A DNA stretch of 64,000 bases from the human T2T-CHM13v2.0 reference genome, Homo sapiens. Location: the NCBI RefSeq assembly GCF_009914755.1, contig NC_060938.1. The stretch is one strand, 5' to 3'. A model generated the notes under the pieces. The model saw only the letters and a program-made list of their open reading frames with translations, did not search any database and had not been told where the DNA came from. Each line of letters starts with the position of its first letter. Position 1 is the stretch's first letter. This document shows, in pieces, positions 59,814-64,000 of this stretch. The position numbers and the translations under genes are program-made.

Positions 59814-62800
59814 TAGATTTTATGTGAATATATTTCCTTTTCTACCATAGGCCACAAACACTCCAAATGTCCACTTGCAGATTCTACAAAAAGAGTGTTT
59901 CCAAGCAGCTCAATCAAAGAAAGATCCAACTCTGTGAGATGAACGCACACATCACAAAGTAGTTTCTCAGAAATCTTATGTCTAATTTTTATGTGAAGAT
60001 ATTTCATTTTCCACCATAGGCCTCAGGCACTGGAAATGTCCACTTGCAGATTCTACCAAAAGAGTATTTCAAAACTGGTCCATCAAAAGAAAGGTTCAAC
60101 TCAGGGAAATGAATGTAAACATCACAAAGCAGTTTCTCAGAATGCTTCTATCTAGTTTTTCTGTGAAGATATTTCCTTTTCCACAATAGGCCTCAAAGTA
60201 CTCCAAATGTCTACTTGCAGATATTACAAAAAGAGAATTTCAAAAATGCTCAGTCAAAAGAAAGGATTAACTCTGTGAGATGAATGCACACATCACAAGA
60301 GTGTTTCTCAGACGACTTCTGTTGAGATTTTTTGTGAAGATATTTCCTTTTCTACCACAGGTCGCAAAGCGCTCCAAATGTCCACTTGCAGATTCTAGAA
60401 AGAGTGTTTCCAAACTGCTTAATCAAAAGAAAAGTTCAAGTCTGTGAGATGACTGCATGCATCACAAAGAAGTTTCTCAGAATTATTCTGTCTAGTTTTT
60501 CTGTGAAGATATTTCCTTTTCCTCCACAGGCCTCAAACGGCTCAAAAGGTACACTTGCAGATTCTACAAAAATAGAGTTTCAAAACTGCTCAATCAAAAG
60601 AAAGGTTTAACTGTGTGAAATGAATGCACATATCACAAAGAAGTTTCTCAGATTGCTTCTGTCTAGATTTTATGTGAAGATATTTCCTTTTCTACCATAG
60701 GCCTCAAATCGCTCCAAATGTCCACATGCAGATTCTACAAAAAGATTGTTTCCAAACTGCCCAATCAAAAGAAATATTCAACTCTGTGAGATGAATACAC
60801 ACATCACAAAGAAGGTTCTCAGAATTCTTCTGTCAAGTTTTTATGTGAAGATATTTCCTTTTCCACCTTAGGCCTCAAAGCTCTCCAAATGTCCACTTGC
60901 AGATACTACAAAAAGAGAGTTTTAAAACTGCACAATCAAAAGAAATGTTTAACTCTGTGAGATGAATTCACACATCACAAATAAGTTTCTCAGATTGCTT
61001 CTGTCTAGATTTCATGTGAAGATATTTCCTTTTCCACCAAAGGCTGCAAAGCTCTCCAAATGTCCACTTTCAGATTCTGCAAAAAGAGTGTTTCCAAACT
61101 GCTCAATAAAAAGAAAGGTTGAACTCCTTAAGATGAAGGCACACATCACAAAAAAGTTTCTCAGAATTCTTCTGTCTACTATTGATGGGAAGATATTTCC
61201 TATTCCACCATTGGCCTCAAAGCCCTCCAAATGTCCACTTACAGATTCTACAAAGAGATTTTCAAAACTGCTCAATCAAAAGAAATGTTTAACTCTGTGA
61301 CATGAGTGCACACATCCAAAGAAGTTTCTCGGATTGTTTCTGTCTAGATTTTATGTGAATATATTTCCTTTTCTACCATAGGCCACAAAGCACTCCAAAT
61401 GTCCACTTGCAGATTCTACAAAAAGAGTGTTTCCAAACTGCTCAATCAACAAAAAGGTTCAACTCTGTGAGATGAACGCACACATCACAAAGTAGTTTCT
61501 CAGAATTCTTATGTCTAGTGTTTATGTGAAGATATTTCGTTTTCCACAACAGGCCTCAAGGAACTGGAAACGTTCACTTGCAGATTCTACAAAAACAGTA
61601 TTTCAAAACTGGTCAATCAAAGGAAATATTCAACTGTGGGAAATGAATGTGCACATCACAAAGCAGTTTCTCAGAATGCTTTTATCTAGTTTTTATGTGA
61701 AGATATCTCCTTCTCCACAATAGGCCTCAAAGCGCCCCAAATGTCCAATTGCAGATACTACAAAAAGAGAGTTTCAAAATTGTTCAATCAAAAGAAAGCG
61801 TTAACTCTGTGAGAAGAATGCATACATCACAAAGAAGTTTCTAATATTGCTTCTGTCGAGATTTTTTTGTGATGATATTCCCTTTTCTACCACATGCGGC
61901 AAAGCGCTGCAAATGTCCACTTGCAGATTCTAGAAAGAGTGTTTCCAAACTGCTTAATCAAAAGAAAGTTTCAACTCTGTGAGATGAACACATGCATCAC
62001 ACAGAAGTTTCACAGAATTCTTCTGTCTAGTCTTTCTGTGAAGATATTTTCTTTTCCTCCACAGGCCTGAAAGTGCTCAAAATGTCCACTTGCAGATTCT
62101 ACAAAAATAGAGTTTCAAAATTGCTCAATCAAAAGAAAGGTTTAACTCCATGAGGCGAATGCACACATCACAAAGAAGTTTCTCAGATTGCTTCTTTCTA
62201 GATTTTATGTGAAGATATTTCCTTTTGTACTAATAGGCTGAAAAGCGCTACAAATGTACACTTGCAGATTCCACAAAAAGATTGTTTCCAAACTGTTCAA
62301 TCAAGAGAAAGGTTCAACTCTGTGAGGTGAATGCACACATCACAAAGAAATTTGTCAGAATACTTCTGCCTGGTTTTTATGTGAAGATATTACCTTTTCC
62401 ATCATATCGCTCAAAGCGCTCCAAATGTCCACTTACAGATTCTACAAAAAGAGAGTTTCAAAACTGCTCTATCAAAACAAAGGTTTACATCTGTGAGATG
62501 AATGCACAAATCAAAAGAAGTTTCTCAGATTGCTTCTGTCTAGATATTATATGAAGATATTTCCTTTCCTACCATAAGCTGCAAAACGCTCCAAATGTCC
62601 ACTTACAGATTCTATAAAAAGAGAATTTCAAAACTGCTCAATCAAAAGAAAGTTTTAACTCTGTGAGATGAATGCACCCATCACAAAGAAGTTTCTCAGA
62701 TTGCTTCTGTCTAGATTTTATGTGGAGATATTTCCTTTTCCATCATAGACTGCAATGCGTTCCAAATGTCCACTTGCCGATTCTACAAAAAGAGTGTTTT

Positions 62801-64000
62801 CAAACTGCTAAATGAAAAGAAAGGTTCAACTCTGTGAGATGAATGCAAAGATCACAAAGAAGTTTCTCAGAATTCTTCTGTCTAGTTTTTAGTGTGAAGA
62901 CATTTCCATTTCCACTATAGGCCTCCACGTGCTCCAAATGTCCACTTGCAGATTCTACAAAAAGAGTGTTTCAAACTGCTCAATCAAAAGAAAGGTTCAA
63001 GTCTGTGAGATAAATGCACACATCACAAAGAAGTTTGTCTGAATTCTTCTGTCTAGTTTTCATGAGAAGATACTTCCTTTTTCACCATAGGCCTGAAAGC
63101 ACTCCAAATGTCCTCTTACAGATTCGACAAAAAGAGAGTTTCAAAACTGCTCAATCAAAAGAAAGGTTTAACTATGTAAGATGAATACAAACATCACAAA
63201 GAAGTTTCTCAGATTGCTTCTGTCTAGATTTTAAGTGAAAATATTTCCTTTTCTATCATAGGCCACAAAGCACTCCAAATGTTCACTTGCAGATTTTACA
63301 AAAAGAGAGTTTCGAAACTGCTCAATCAAAGGAAAAGTTTCACTCCGTGAGAAGAATGCACACATCAAAAAGAATATTCTCAGACTACTTCTGTCTAGAT
63401 TTTATGCGAAGATATTTCCTTTTCTACCATAGACCGCATAGCTCTCCAAATGTGCACTTGCAGATTCTACAAAAAGAGTGTTTCCAAACTGCTCAATCAA
63501 AAGAAAGGTTCAACTCTGTGAGAAGAACGCACACATCACAAAGAAGTTTCTCAGAATTCTTCTGTCTAGTTTTTATGTGATGATATTTCCTTTTGCACCA
63601 TGGGCCTCAAAGCGCTCCAATTGTTTACTTGAAGATTCTACAAAAAGAGAGTTTCAAAACTGATCAATCAAAAGAAAGGTTTAACTCTGAGATGAATGCA
63701 CACATCACAAGTAAGTTTCTCACATTGCTTTTGTCTAGATTTTATGTGAAGTTATTTACTTTTCTACTATGGGACACAAAGTGCTCTAATTGTCCACCTG
63801 TAGATTCTACAAAAAGAGTATTTCCAAACTGCTCAATCCAAAGAAAGACTCAACTCTGTGAAATGAACTCACACATCACAAAGAAGTTTCTTAGGATTCT
63901 TCTGTTTAGTTTTTATGTGATGGCATTTCCTTTTCCAACATAGGATTCAGAGTGCTCCAAATGTCCACCTGCAGATTCTGCAAAAAGAGAGTTTCTAAAG
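59814..64000 (-). repeat. Alpha satellite, same dimer-like layer in inverted orientation, about 24 monomers; runs off the window end
   Basis: Reverse-complement motifs TTTATGTGAAGATATTTCCTTTTC, CACATCACAAAGAAGTTTCTCAG and GTCCACTTGCAGATTCTAC recur at 171-bp spacing. Confidence 0.96.

Noticed and set aside
50133-63943. Short ORFs with repeated NAHITKKFLR / FYVKIFPFP peptides
   Set aside because: These are translations of alpha-satellite monomers, a well-known source of spurious hypothetical proteins.
49485-64000. Regularly spaced conserved blocks resembling a CRISPR array
   Set aside because: The whole 171-bp unit is repeated, there are no unique spacers or cas genes, and the context is eukaryotic satellite DNA.

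Overview
This window is primate (human-like) pericentromeric heterochromatin and contains no host gene. Positions 1-~42,549 are a diverged Human Satellite III (HSat3)-type (CATTC)n array with the C-rich strand on +. It has two compartments: a classical CATTC/TTCGAGTCC part up to ~3.8 kb, then a CACTC-rich composite part. HSat3 joins directly to diverged, CENP-B-box-less 171-bp alpha satellite at ~42,550. A full-length (~6.0 kb) L1PA2-like LINE-1 is inserted in the alpha satellite at 43,453-~49,484. Its ORF1 and ORF2 are disabled, but the 71-aa antisense ORF0 is intact. The alpha satellite changes type at ~52.7 kb (monomeric to dimer-like) and inverts orientation at ~59,812. Relics of ancient higher-order duplications (2-, 4-, 9- and ~10-mers in alpha; 60 bp to ~4.7 kb in HSat3) are visible. 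All ORFs in the satellite DNA are artefacts of the repeat sequence. I cannot support a new biological system here. The most interesting lead, which is a hypothesis only, is the L1 antisense promoter/ORF0 pointing into the G-rich strand of HSat3.
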